A stretch of DNA of 64,000 nt from Octopus vulgaris (Eukaryota). This document shows, piece after piece, positions 40,892 through 54,161 of the stretch; position 1 is the first letter of the stretch, and every line of letters starts with the position of its first letter. Below the pieces are notes generated by a model that had not been told where the DNA came from, searched no databases, and saw only the letters and a program-made list of their open reading frames with translations. Both the position numbers and the translations under genes were made by a program. The stretch covers positions 22,816,001 through 22,880,000 of the forward strand of contig OX597831.1 of NCBI GenBank assembly GCA_951406725.2, given 5' to 3'.

Positions 40892-41313
40892 TACACAGAA
40901 AAGAAACACGGAGAGAAACAAGGAGAGAAAAAAAATGCATGCAGAAGCTAGCGATTCAATACGTATATATATATAATATTTTGGGTATATGCCAATTAGT
41001 GTGTTGAGATGTTGAATAGTGTTGGCATTCCTTAACTAGATGGGTGTAAACATGACAGCCTAAACTCAGGGTTTCTAGTGAGACACCACTTTATGTTTGG
41101 ATGCACTTGTTGTGATCCAGATGGCGAAATAGATGCAATACAACATGTAGAACGGAGTCCCACCCATAAGGGACAATAGCAAGATGAGTCAAAACAATTG
41201 TTGTACCAAATAAAGATTAATACCAAATCCATCTTCTGGTTACTTAATCAATTATCATTATACATACTTATACATACATACATACATATACATATATATA
41301 TACATATACATAT

Positions 41314-41347
<34 letters not shown>

Positions 41348-41529
41348 ATATATATATATATATTAGAAGAAATGAGGTACTCAGAAGATCAGATGGTTTA
41401 TATTTACAGATATTTATTTATATATTACATTTTTTATATATATATCATATCACTTAGATCATTAGCGCTTTCTCCCATTCTAGTGGGGTTTTCAAATCAA
41501 ACTAAGTTCCTGTGTGAGGAATTTTGACC

Positions 41530-41578
<49 letters not shown>

Positions 41579-41731
41579 GAGTGAGTGGACAAATGAAAGA
41601 AGGGCACAAATCAAATTTAATGTGTAGTTACATGTAAGGATCAAAACAGTTTCATTCAAATTCATTGGTACTTTAGAGTTTCAAGCATGATGCTAGTCAT
41701 CAGCCATTTTGAATTTGAAGCAAAACTGTTT

Positions 41732-41790
<59 letters not shown>

Positions 41791-42074
41791 AGCACAAAAA
41801 TTTTGGGCCTTGTGCTGAGAGAAAAAATGGTTATTTAAGGCGGTGAGCTGGCAGAAATTTTAGCACACTTGGCAAACTGCTTAGCATTATTTTGTTTGTC
41901 CTTCTGTTCTGAGTTCAAATTCCGTCAAAGTCGACTTTGCCTCTCATCCTTTCATGGTTGATAAATAGTAGTAGGAGACACTTGCCCAAGGTTTCACAGT
42001 GGGACTGAACCCAGAACCATGTAATTGGGAAGCAAACTTCTTACCCAACAACCATACCAATACATGCATTCTTT

Positions 42075-42485
42075 TTATTTTTTGTCTTTTGAATGTGGCC
42101 ATGCTGGAGCACCACCTTTAGTCGAACAAATCGACCCCAGGACTTATTCTTTGTAAGCCTAGTACTTATTTTATCGGTCACATTGGCCAAACTGCTATGT
42201 TACAGGGATGTAAACACACCAACATCGGTTGTCAAGCGATGGTGGGGGAACAAACGCAGACACACAATACACAAACACACACACGCACACACACACACAC
42301 ACACACAAACAAATGCATGTATACATACGACGGGCTTCTTTCAGTTTCCATCTACCAAATCTACTCACAAGTCTTTGGTTGGCCTGAGTAGAAGACACCT
42401 GCCCAAAGTACCATGCAGTGGGACTGAACCTGGAACCATGTGGTTGGGAAGCAAGCTTCTTACCACACAGTCACTCCTGCACTTA
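42075..42485 (-). mobile_element. SINE family A (B and A fragments precede it at ~41800-42060)
   Basis: Reverse complement of family A. Confidence 0.85.
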
Positions 42486-42685
42486 TAATATATATATATA
42501 TATATAACAACAAGAACAGCACCAATATATTAATTTAAAAAAGACACCAAAAACTATGGTAAATAACAAAACAGAAAGATAACTGTATTAGGAGGCATAT
42601 TATATTTACATTGAAGAATATTGCAATATTGAATATACAACTTTATATTCATATCTTTTGTTACATTGTGCATGAAAATATGTGG

Positions 42686-42729
<44 letters not shown>

Positions 42730-43237
42730 ATGTGTGTGTGTATAGTGTGAGGTGTATCTTAAATATGTAGGTGTGTAAATATAAAGGAATATATATAAGT
42801 ATTCTTATAGTTGTGTGTGAATGTTTATAGTATACATATGTGTAAATCTATCTACATTATATATATATATATATGTATATATGTGCATATATATATATAT
42901 ATATGTAAGTAAATGCATATATGTATGTATATGCATATATGTACGTATATATATATATGCATATATGTATGTGTATATATATATATACACCAACATATTT
43001 TATAAATATAGAGAGACAGACAGGTATAGACATATACTCATATATATACACATTATATACACGCACACACATACATACAACTATATATATGTGTGTGTGT
43101 GTGTGTAAATGTCTATGCATGTGTATGTGTAGAAGTGATATAGATTTGTATACATGTAAATGTTTTATGTCTATATGTATCAGTATATATATATATATGT
43201 GCGTGTGTGTGTGTATGTATGTGTGTATATATATATA

Positions 43238-43271
<34 letters not shown>

Positions 43272-43776
43272 CATAATCATGCATGCATATGTGTACATAT
43301 GTAGAGATGTACATGTTCACTCATTCATATATACACACATTGAGATGCATATATGTTTTTTTTTAAATATATTTAGGCAGTGAAAATGAACACACACACA
43401 CACACACACACACAGACACACACATACACATACACACACACAGACACCTACACAGACCAACAAACCTCGATAGATTCCCTCTACTCCTCCAATCTCTCAC
43501 AGACCACCCCTATTTATATTTTTCATCTATTTTTCGTCCTCAGAATGGCTCCACACTGCCAAAGACAAATTATTGGCACTGCTGCGTTGTTTAATCTTAA
43601 CAGCTTGCCATTGCCAAACACTCACCGCTGTGCCAAATTCTAAACATTCAAAACTAATGCAAGAAATAGTATATTGTATTTTTTATGTGTGTGTACACAC
43701 ACACACATGCACACACAGACATATTTATATCCTTCTCGCCCATTCTTCTCACTCTCCTTCACACTACATATCTATA

Positions 43777-43814
<38 letters not shown>

Positions 43815-44324
43815 TATATCTCCATACATGTATATATGAATCTGTGCATGTCATATATGTACATATATATATATATATGTGTGTGTGTGTGTTTGTGTGT
43901 ATATATATATATGTGTGTGTGTGTGTAGATATATATATATATGTATGTGTAGATATATATATATATTTATATATACATATTTATATTTATGTGTAGATAT
44001 ATATATATATATAAATATGTGTGCATATATATAGAAATATAATTTGTATATGTGTATGTATGTATATATATATATATATGCTTATATAAACGAATGTGTG
44101 AATTAAAAGCCACTGTGAAAGTGAAATAATAAATAATTCAAAAGAATGAAACAATTTGGCGGAAATTATATTCACAATAACAATGAGCTGATGGGGGTGG
44201 GGCAGAAAGAATTCCAGATAACAGGTACTGCAATCACTGCTACTACTACTTGTAATGAATGATAATAATAATAAAAATAATAATAATAACAATAACAATT
44301 ATTATTGTTATTATAATCATGATT

Positions 44325-44530
44325 TCGAATTTTTGGTACAAGGGTACCTTGGAGGAGGGGATTAAGTCGATTATATTGACCCCAGTGTGTAACTGGTATT
44401 TATTTAATTGACCCTGATAGAAGGAAAGGTAAAATCACCCTTGGCTGAATTTGAACTCAGAACTTCGTGACCGATGAAGTATCGCTAAGCTTTTCACTTG
44501 GCATGCTAATGATTCTGCTAGCTTGTCACC

Positions 44531-44532
<2 letters not shown>
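44325..44532 (-). mobile_element. SINE family B, diverged
   Basis: Reverse complement of head, core and T2 tail. Confidence 0.75.
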
Positions 44533-44591
<59 letters not shown>

Positions 44592-44670
44592 CAACAACAA
44601 CAACACCACCACCACCACCACCACCAACACCACCACCAACAACACCACCACCAACCACAACAACAACAAC

Positions 44671-44704
<34 letters not shown>

Positions 44705-44792
44705 GCAACAACAACAACAACACCACCACCACCAACAACAACAACAACAACAACAATAATAATAATGATAATAATAATAATAATAACAATAA
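44533..44792. repeat. (AAT)n/(AAC)n/(ACC)n microsatellite
   Basis: Direct reading. Confidence 0.95.
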
Positions 44793-45116
44793 CAAGAAAA
44801 CTCAGAGGGCTCAAACCTCTGCTAAGGCAAGACCAACGTCCTTGCAACGATTAACCAGGGATGCTTTGGAAAATGAGAATATCTGAAATAAACTTGACAG
44901 CTCAGACAAACAGGAATACTAAAAATGAACCTGACCACTCTCAAAATTAAAGTAAAAAACCCCAAAAATAGTCCAGAATCCTTGTCTGGTACTGGATCAA
45001 TCCCTGAAAGTTTCATCCAAATCCATTCAGCGGTTCTTGAGATAACTTGTCCATTGACAGACAAACAAACAAATACGACTGAAAACAATACCCCTGCATT
45101 CGCTAAGGTAGAGGTA
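44789..45116 (+). mobile_element. Helentron/HINE-like non-autonomous element, copy 1
   Basis: 5' ACCTCTGCTAAGGC motif, AAAGTTTCATCCAAATCC..GGTTCTTGAGATA core, (ACAA)n, 3' hairpin ACCCCTGC..GGTAGAGGT; homologous to 47445-47817. Confidence 0.65.
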
Positions 45117-45437
45117 ATAATAATGATGATGACGATGATGGCCACTCTTGTCGATTTCAACATATAAGTGTTTGAAGGAGAGGATTTACAAAAAAAAAAA
45201 AAAACAAAAGACAGAAAGAAAAAGCAAGTTTAAAAATGAAAGAAGCTGCATCTTTTTGTGATGGATGCATGGATGTAATTTGAGTCCAGGTATGGATTGT
45301 GCTATAAAGTCGCAATGGGAATAATGAAGATTTTGATTTTGCCTGGGATTGGACAACTATGTCTGTCCATAGCGGAATGAATTCTTTTATTGTCCTGTTC
45401 CTTCAACTTAAATTGTTAATGATAATAATAATAATAA

Positions 45438-45840
45438 TTAATTCTTTTTATTGGCCACAAGGGCTGACAAACATGATTGGGAAACATAAAGGGACAAAAC
45501 AGGATGAAAGGATACAAAAGGTTTTGTCCGTTTGTGAAAAAAAAAACATGTAAAAAGCAGTATAACAACAAAAAATATAACAACGAAAAGCTCCCAATAG
45601 AGGAGACGCTTAGAAAAAAAGAGAAGGTCTCACGTGGAAAAACCCATAAAAGCCATGGGAGCCTGGTCAAAAGGTGGGTAGAGAGCCCCTTTCTCCTTTT
45701 ATAATACCTTTTTCAGTTACAGGCGAAACCTCAGAATTGGTCCATTTACACTGGCCATTCTTGCACAATTCACCCACCTTTCAGAAAACTTGCTATTAGA
45801 CAGCATTCTCCTCTCTAACCTCATCTTCCTTTTCAAATAA
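45438..45840 (-). mobile_element. Probable Tx1/L1-like LINE 3' end inserted in (TAA)n
   Basis: ORF remnant LKRKMRLERRMLSNSKFSERWVNCARM then a T-rich 3' UTR ending GCCCTTGTGGCCAATAAAAGAATT; TAA repeats on both sides. Confidence 0.55.
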
Positions 45841-46264
45841 TAATAATAATAATAGTAGTAGTAACAAGAAGAATAACAACACCCTGATGTCATACCAGGC
45901 ACTTGGTCTTATAGCTTCTGATCTTAACTGATTGGAGATGCTATGTACATGTTTTGTCTTGGTATAAAAGATGGGCTACAGCAAATATTCTGCTCAACAC
46001 CACAGATTTGTGGAGAGGTGAGGCTGGTATGCATGGGTGACTGCTGGTCTTCCATAAACAACCTTGCCTGGACTTCTGGATGGCAGGATAACTTTCTAGG
46101 TGCAATCCCGTGGTCAGTCATGACCAAAGGGGGTCTCAAAAATAGTAATAATAATAAAGATTTCAAGTTTTTCCACAAGGGCAGCCATTTTGGGGGAGGG
46201 GAGGAGTCGATGTAATCGACTCCAGTGTTTGACTGGTACTTAATTTATCGACGCCGAAAGGATC

Positions 46265-46592
46265 ATCATATCATCATCATCATCATCATCATCGTTTAGC
46301 GTCCGCTTTCCATGCTAGCATGGGTTGGACGGTGCAACTGGGGTCTGGGAAGCCAGAAGGCTGCACCAGGCCCAGTCTGATCTAGCAGCGTTTCTACGAC
46401 TGGATGCCCTTCCTAACGCCAAACACTCCGTGAGTGTAGTGGGTGCTTTTTATATGCCACCGGCACAGGTGCCAGACGAGGCTGGCAATTTGCCACGATC
46501 AGATGGTGCTTTTTATGTGCCACCGGCATGGGGGCCAGGCGAGGCTGGCAAATGGCCACAATCGGATGGTGCTTTTTACGTGCCACCGTCAC
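46265..46592 (-). mobile_element. Retroposon family E with three internal ~63 bp repeats
   Basis: (CAT)n tail and GGTGCTTTTTA.GTGCCACCG repeated at ~46442, ~46505 and ~46568. Confidence 0.85.
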
Positions 46593-46627
46593 GAGGCCTG
46601 CCAAGGATGAATTATAATAATAATAAT

Positions 46628-46832
46628 ACACTCTGGAGCATTGGGTTCAATACCACCTTACTTATAGAAGCATCTGGACATCTTGGGGTATTGTTAAAAT
46701 TGGCTTTACTTGAAACTGCTCATATACTGCATAAACACTGACTCTCTGATGTCCTTGTGACTTGACAGACAGTACAAACCCATGTAGACAAAAAGTCTTC
46801 AATCTACAACACCACAATATTGGACACTGTTA
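46628..46832 (+). mobile_element. Probable R4/Dong-type LINE 3' fragment in (TAA)n
   Basis: Joined frames GALGSIPPYL*KHLDILG / LLKLALLETAHILHK resemble the C-terminal GALG.IP...L.K.ALL.TA.ILRK motif of R4/Dong proteins; TAA repeats flank it. Confidence 0.6.
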
Positions 46833-46847
46833 TAATAATAATATTTT

Positions 46848-47430
46848 TTTCTACTGGAAACACAAGGCCTCAAATTTTGGGGAAGAGTTTAAGTTGATTA
46901 CATCGACCTCCAGTATGTAACTGGTACTTACTTAATTGACCCCGGAAGGATGAAAGGCAAAATCGACTCTGGCAGAATTTGAACTCAGAACATGGTGGCA
47001 GATGAAATACCTATTTCTTTACTACCCACAAGGGGCTAAACACAGAGAGGACAAACAAGGACAGACAAACTGATTAAGTTGATTATATCAACCCCAGTGC
47101 GAAACTGGTACTTATTTAATCGACCCTGAAAGGATGAAAGGCAAAATCGACCTCGGCAGAATTTGAACTCAGAACGTAGTGGCAGATGAAATACCTATTT
47201 CTTTACTACCCACAAGGGGCTAAACACAGAAGGGACAAAAAAGGACAGACAAACTGATTAAGTCGATTATATCAACCCCAGTGCGAAACTGGTACTTATT
47301 TAATCGACCCCGAAAGGATGAAAGGCAAAGTCGACCTCGGCAGAATTTGAACTGAGAACGTAGCAGCAGATGAAATACTGCTAAGCATTTCATCTGGCAT
47401 TCTAATGATTTTGCCAGCTCGCTGCCTTAA
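46848..47430 (-). mobile_element. SINE family B trimer (T1-T1-T2)
   Basis: Three cores at ~185 bp period; only the rightmost unit has the head. Confidence 0.9.
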
Positions 47431-47444
47431 TAATAATAATTATA

Positions 47445-47817
47445 ATAACAAGAGCACTCAGAGGGCACAAACCTTTTCCAAGGCAACACCAACGTCCTCT
47501 CAACGATTAGCCAGAGAGGATTTTTAAAATGAGAATATCTGAAATAAATTCGACTGCTTACCCAAACAAGAATACTATAAATGAACTCAAGCTCTTTCAA
47601 AAATTATGTAAAAAAAAAAACAGGAAAAATAATCCAGAATCCTTGCCTGGTACCAGATCCCAAAATCTAATCAGTTCTTGCCAGTCATGAAGCCAAAAAA
47701 CATCCCTGAAAATTTCATCCGAATCCCTCCAGCAGTTCTTGAGATATCTTGTCCATGGACAAGCAAACAAACACGACTGAAAAAATAATACCTCTGCTTT
47801 AGGGAAGGCAAAGGTAA
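47445..47817 (+). mobile_element. Helentron/HINE-like element, copy 2
   Basis: Homologous to 44789-45116; 3' hairpin ACCTCTGCTTT aggg AAGGCAAAGGT. Confidence 0.65.
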
Positions 47818-48327
47818 TAATATTGATGATGATAAAGTTATAAGCCTTTCTACTAGAGACACAGGGCCTGAAATTTTGGGTAAGGGGACTATTCTATTGC
47901 ATCATCCCCAATGTTTCACTGGAACTTAATTTATTGACCCTAAAAGGATGAATGGCAAAGTCAACTTTGGCAGAATTTGAGCTCAGAATGTAAAGATAGT
48001 CAAAATGCCGCAAAGCATTCCGCCTGGTAGAAAAATCTCAAATCTGGCCGACAAACTCTTCACACAAGAATTCAAGGGCTTTCATACATACCCTAAATTA
48101 CTGATATTTGAAAGACAGGTTCTCACTACTAACTGACAACCACTGTCAAAGAATGTTTGTTCAGCTACAATGATTCTATCATTCTCATCCACTTTCCATA
48201 AAATCTACAGGAAGACAGCACCTTAATTCTTTAATATCACCTACTTTTACAGGTGGAAGTTGAAGATGTTGATGAGAGACGGGTTTAGGAGGGAAAGATC
48301 TGTTCTCAATCCTTTCATCACATCTGC

Positions 48328-48412
<85 letters not shown>

Positions 48413-48520
48413 CCTACCTGTCTCTCTATCTACCTACCTGTCTCTCTATCTACCGATCTATCTATCTATCTATCTACCTACCTGTCTCTCTATCTACCTA
48501 CCTATCTCTCTATCTACTGG

Positions 48521-48580
<60 letters not shown>

Positions 48581-48715
48581 CCTACCTACCTACTTACCTA
48601 CCTACCTACCTACCTAACTACCTACCTACCTATATATCTATCTATCTACCTACCTACCTACCTATCTATCTGCCTATCTATCTGTCTATTTATCTATGTA
48701 TCTGTTTATCTACCA
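48328..48715. repeat. (ATCT)n/(ACCT)n microsatellite
   Basis: Direct reading. Confidence 0.95.
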
Positions 48716-48723
48716 ATCCATAC

Positions 48724-48757
<34 letters not shown>

Positions 48758-48773
48758 GTTTCTCTCTCTGTCC

Positions 48774-48810
<37 letters not shown>

Positions 48811-49534
48811 TGTGTGTGCATTGATGCATGATTAAGCAGCCACATTGCAGCACTTGTATATCATATACATACATGAATGTTTGTGAGTAAATGTGTGCAT
48901 ATGTTTATGTATATATATATATATTTGTGTGTGTGTGTGTGTGTGTATTTATATGCATGTGTATGTATATATTCTCTCTCTCTCTCTCTTTCTGTCACAC
49001 ACACACAATTAAAACGTTTTATTTTACTGTTTTTCTTAAAAGAATAACTGTGGAAGATTAAATTCAGAAGAATCACACACCATCATTGTGTGGCGTTTCA
49101 CTAATGTTTCTCTCCTTACCAGTCAGCCACGGATGACTGGCGCTATTTCTTCCTACTCTTCTACATCTGATGAATGTAATGAAGCAAGCAGGTTCCCAGA
49201 GAATGCAAAAGAGATGATAGAAGTTGATGAGATAATATGCGACAAAACGAGGGGAAAAAAAGTAGGAGTATATATGTAGGCGAAATGAATGAAAGGAGAA
49301 TATAATATCATAAAATATATATACATACTTATATATATATACATATATATATATATAAGCATGTGCTGTAAAAATACTCTTGTTCGCTTTCTTTCAAAAG
49401 AAATGCGCTATTCAATATTCTTGGTAATCTTCCATTATATCTCCTGGTGTTACGTAAGAACTGGTGCTATATTAGTATTATTATTACTAGTATTGACATT
49501 GGTATTATTGGCAGTAGTAGTAATGTTATCAGTA

Positions 49535-51100
49535 CGGCGGCAAGCCGGCAGAATTGTTAGCACATAGGGAAAAACACTTAGTGGCAATTTATCAATCTTT
49601 ATGCGTTAATTTCAAATTCTGCCAAGGTCAACTCTGCCTTTTGTCCTTTTGTCAGGGTCGATAAAATTGTATCCGTTGAAAATTGGGTTCGACGTAATCA
49701 GCTTACTCCTTTCCTTCAAATTTCTGTGATTGTGCCAAAATTTGAAACCAATACTATTATATATTTATTTATTTATTTATTTATTTATGTGCCCTTTTCA
49801 AGCCTAGCCGGGCTCATGGGCCCGGTTTCCCAGTTTCTATGGCGTATGTGTTCCCCCCAGCTGGACGGGATGCAAGTCCATTACAGCGTTACTCAAGAAA
49901 CAGGTGCCATTTGCTTGACACCAGTATCTGCCACTACTGCGATTTTACTCAGCTTGATGGACCTTCTTAATACTTGGCTTAAAGGTCATCTACTAAAACA
50001 CCAAACAGAGGGGCTTGTCTAATAGTAATGTCTGGACAATATTTTATAATCAGTATCCCTAAAAAGCTAACTGGAATCACTAAAATATACAGAAAAGTTG
50101 AAGGTTTTACTTGGTATGACTGGATATGATTCAATTCCAGAGAATGCAAAGGAGATGATAGAAGTTGATGAGAGAATACGCAACAAAATGGTGAGAAAGT
50201 AGGAATATAAATCTAGGTAAGATGAATGAAAGAATATAATATTATATCTGGAATTCTCTGACTGATTCAATTGAAATTCTGCAAAGCTTAATTTTTGTCT
50301 TTTTTCCTTTCACAATTGATACAATAGGTACCATTTGGGAACTAGGATCAATGTAAGTGACTTACCATTCCCCTAAAATTACAGACCTTGTGCTAAAATT
50401 TGAAATAAAAATTTATAAGACTGCAAGCTGGCAGAATCATCAAAACATGGGGCAATATGCTAAGCAGCATTCTGACCATCTTTGTGGTCTGATTTTCAAA
50501 TTTTGCCAAGGTCAACTTGATCTTTTGTTGTTTTAGGATTGATAAATTTGTATCAGTTGAAAACTGGGGTCGTTTTAATTGTCTTACTCCTTCCCTCAAA
50601 ATTGCTGGCCTTGTGCCAAAATTTGAAAGTAATGTTAGTAAGGCTGTGAGCTGGCAGAATTATTAGCAAATTGGACAAAATGCTAATTGGCATTTTGTGC
50701 GTCTTTACATTCTGATACCAAATTCTGCCAAGGTTAGCTTTACCTTTTGTCCTTTTAGGATCTTTAATATAGTACCTATTTCTTTATTACCCACAAGGGG
50801 CTAAACACAGAGGGGACAAACAAGGGTAGACATAGGTATTAAGTCGATTACATCGACCCCAGTGCGTAACTGGTACTTAATTTATCGACCCCGAAAGGAT
50901 GAAAGGCAAAGTCGACCTCGGCGGAATTTGAACTCACAACGTAACGCAGACGAAATACCGCTAAGCATTTCACCCGTCGTGCTAACGTTTCTGCCAGCTC
51001 GCCGCCTTCTTTAATATAGTACCGGTTAAGAACTGGGGTCAACATAATCAACTTACCCCTCTACCAAAATTACTGGCCTTGTGCCAAAATTTGAAACCAA
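49535..51100 (+). mobile_element. Cluster of old SINE B copies with a younger minus-strand copy (50777-51007)
   Basis: Several degenerate cores; 16 bp TSD TCTTTAATATAGTACC at 50761-50776 and 51008-51023. Confidence 0.8.
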
Positions 51101-51518
51101 TACTATCAGTATTGGTATTAATGCTAATATTATTAATATTACTATTGTTTTTGTGTTGAAGTTTACTTGAAGTATTTGTACAATCGCAGATCAGAAAGAG
51201 AAAGGAAAATAAGGAAGTTTCTGACAATAGGGAAAAAGTTTCTTAAAATTCTTATATTACAAGCACAAAGGCCCATCCTCAAGAAATTTCTGTATTATTT
51301 GTATAATTAATATTAATGTTATGGGGTGCAGGTTTGGGTATGTGGTTAAGGTACATGGTGCCTGATCATGTGGCTTTGGGTTCAGTCCAGCTGCGTAGCA
51401 CCTTGGACAAGTATCTTCAACTATAGACCTTGGCAAGCCAAAGATTTGTGATTGGATTTTGTTTATGGAAACTGAAAAAAAACCTGCCATATATATGTGT
51501 ATGTGTTTGTCGCCCACT

Positions 51519-51912
51519 GGAATGGAATGGAAGCACTCCGTCGGTTACGACGACGAGGGTTCCGGTTGATCCGAATTAACGGAACAGCCTGCTCGTGAAA
51601 TTAACGTGTAAGTGGCTGAGCACTCCACAGACACGTGTACCCTTAACATAGTTCTTGGGGATATTCAGCGTGACACAGAGAGTGACAAGGCCGGCCCTTT
51701 GAAATACAGGTACAACAGAAATAGGAAGTAAGAGTGAGAGAAAGTTGTGGTGAAAGAGTACAGCAGGGATCACCACCATCCCCTGCCAGAGCCTCATGGA
51801 GCTTTAGGTGTTTTCACTCAATAAACACTCACAACGCCTGGTCTGGGAATCGAAACCGCGATCCTATGACCGCGAGTCCGCTGCCCTAACCACTGGGCCA
51901 TTGCGCCTCCAC
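51519..51912 (-). mobile_element. SINE family C, full length, inserted in a SINE A
   Basis: Reverse complement of the 6638 copy; (CATTC)n tail; 11 bp TSD TGTCGCCCACT (51508-51518, 51913-51923). Confidence 0.93.
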
Positions 51913-52916
51913 TGTCGCCCACTACTTGGTAGAAGATGAACATTTTGTCAGAGTGATTCCATTGTTTAGCTTCACTTGGAGAAAGAGTGTACTTTACAGA
52001 GTGTACTAGGTGCTCAGTCTGTGGCACCAGCACCAAAGAGGTCACCATACTGCTTGCAGAACCCAAATCCTACTCAACTAAGAGGGGCTGTGGTGAAGTG
52101 GAAGGTGGATCTTTGCTGGGAAGTGAAGGGTTAAAATACGAAATGAAGTACCATAAATATCAAAACATTTACAAATAAAATGATAGCTGTTTCCATTCAC
52201 ACCAGTGCCAACAACAACAGTTACAACAAGTGCTAAAATATCAAGGAGAAATGTCTCCATCCATGACCATCTTTTAGATTCAATATTTATTGATAATAAT
52301 AAATGGTGAAGACACAGTTTTCCAGTTCTCATTATTGACCTTCTTTTCATTGCAATTCTGTGTTATTGAAAGATGCTCCACCATTTCTGAGACTTTGATG
52401 TTTTTGTTAGAAGACTGAAATGGGAAAAATTATAAGAAAATGATTAACCGAATTTTACTATGTGTATATGTGTATGTGTATGTAGATGCGTGTGCGTGAA
52501 TGGTACTTGTGTGTGAGGGGGGGTTGACTGGTAGGTGGTTGATGTCAGTGCTTAGATATGATTTTATTGAATCTTATAGTTCCAAAGCTGGTTATAGTGA
52601 GAGAGAGAGAGAAAGGTGGGGAGGAGAGGTGAAGAGAGATGGCAGAAGAGAGGAAGGAGGATAAAAAAGGAAGGAAGATGGAGTGAAAGGGAGAGAGAGT
52701 GTGAATGTCTTCATTCCAATTGTGCAAGCTAAATATAAACATTTGACATATATATATATGTATCTATATATGTATATTTACATGTATATATGTATACTTG
52801 TGTGTGTGTGTGTATCTGTGTGTATATATATATATATATGTATATTTACATGTATATATGTATACTTGTGTGTGTATGTGTGTGTATATATATATACTTG
52901 TGTGTGTGTGTATCTA

Positions 52917-52966
<50 letters not shown>

Positions 52967-53372
52967 TACATGTATATATATGTATCTATATATACTTGTG
53001 TGTGTGTGTATGTGTATATATATACACATGTATATTTACATGTATATATGTATCTATATATACTTGTGTGTGTGTGATTGTATGTATATATATATATACA
53101 CACACACACACACGCGTGCGCGCACACATGTATTGATATATTTATAATGCGTATAAAATGCGTATATATGTATATTTACACCAGTGCCACGATTAACAAA
53201 GTTAATATGCTCTACATATTTTGTTTTGCTACTAGAAAGTTCGTTACCAGAGGAAGCGAAAACTTTTTTTTTTTCTTTTGCAATATATTCATTTAATCTG
53301 GGTCTTAGGAACACTCATTCAGCTTATTAATAAGATCAATAGATCTTATTGGTAAGTGCAATAGTGTGTGTG

Positions 53373-53439
<67 letters not shown>

Positions 53440-53982
53440 ATGTGTGATGATCATCATCTTCACTCATCATCCGTTTTCCATGCTGGCATGGGTTGGATGG
53501 TTTGTCAAAACTGGCAAGGCAGTGGGTTATGACTAACTCCGTTCTCTGTTTTCGCATGCTTTCTATGGCTGGATACCCTTCCTAAAACCAACCATTTTGT
53601 AGAGAGTATTGGGTGCTTTTATTTTTTTAGTGGCACCAGCACCATCAGGGTCTCCAAGTAGCTTGCAAGACAGAACAAAGTACCCTCAACTGGGAGGAGT
53701 AGTATTGATATAGATGGCTCGATATAGGGGTTATGAGTGTTAGGTATGAGTGCATTCTTGTGCGTGTATGTGTGCGCATGTGTGTGCATGTGTGTGTGTA
53801 TGCATATATTGTGTGTGTATGTATATGTATGTGTGTGTATGTGAATTTGTGTATGTGTGGGTTGTGTGTGGGGGTTGTGTGTGGGGTTTCTGTAGGTGTG
53901 TATGTGCATACCTATGTGTATGTGCATGTGTGCATGTGCTTGTGTGCATGGCGTATATATATAAAATTGTGTATATATATAT

Positions 53983-54130
53983 GTGGAGTGGTTGGCGTTA
54001 GGAAGGGCATCCAGCCGTAGAAACATTGCCAGATCAGACTGGGCCTGTTGCAGCCTTCTGGCTTCCCAGACCCCAGTTGCACCGTCCAACCCATGCCAGC
54101 ATGGAAAGCGGACGCTAAACGATGATGATG

Positions 54131-54131
<1 letters not shown>
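53983..54131 (+). mobile_element. Retroposon family E 3' end (diverged minus copy at ~53445-53660)
   Basis: GGAGTGGTTGGCGTTAGGAAGGGCATCC...GGACGCTAAACGATGATGATG. Confidence 0.85.

Positions 54132-54161
<30 letters not shown>

Noticed and set aside
44467-44886. Poly-Asn/Thr ORF (and poly-Ile/Tyr ORFs at 62673-63092)
   Set aside because: Pure (AAT)/(AAC) microsatellite translations.
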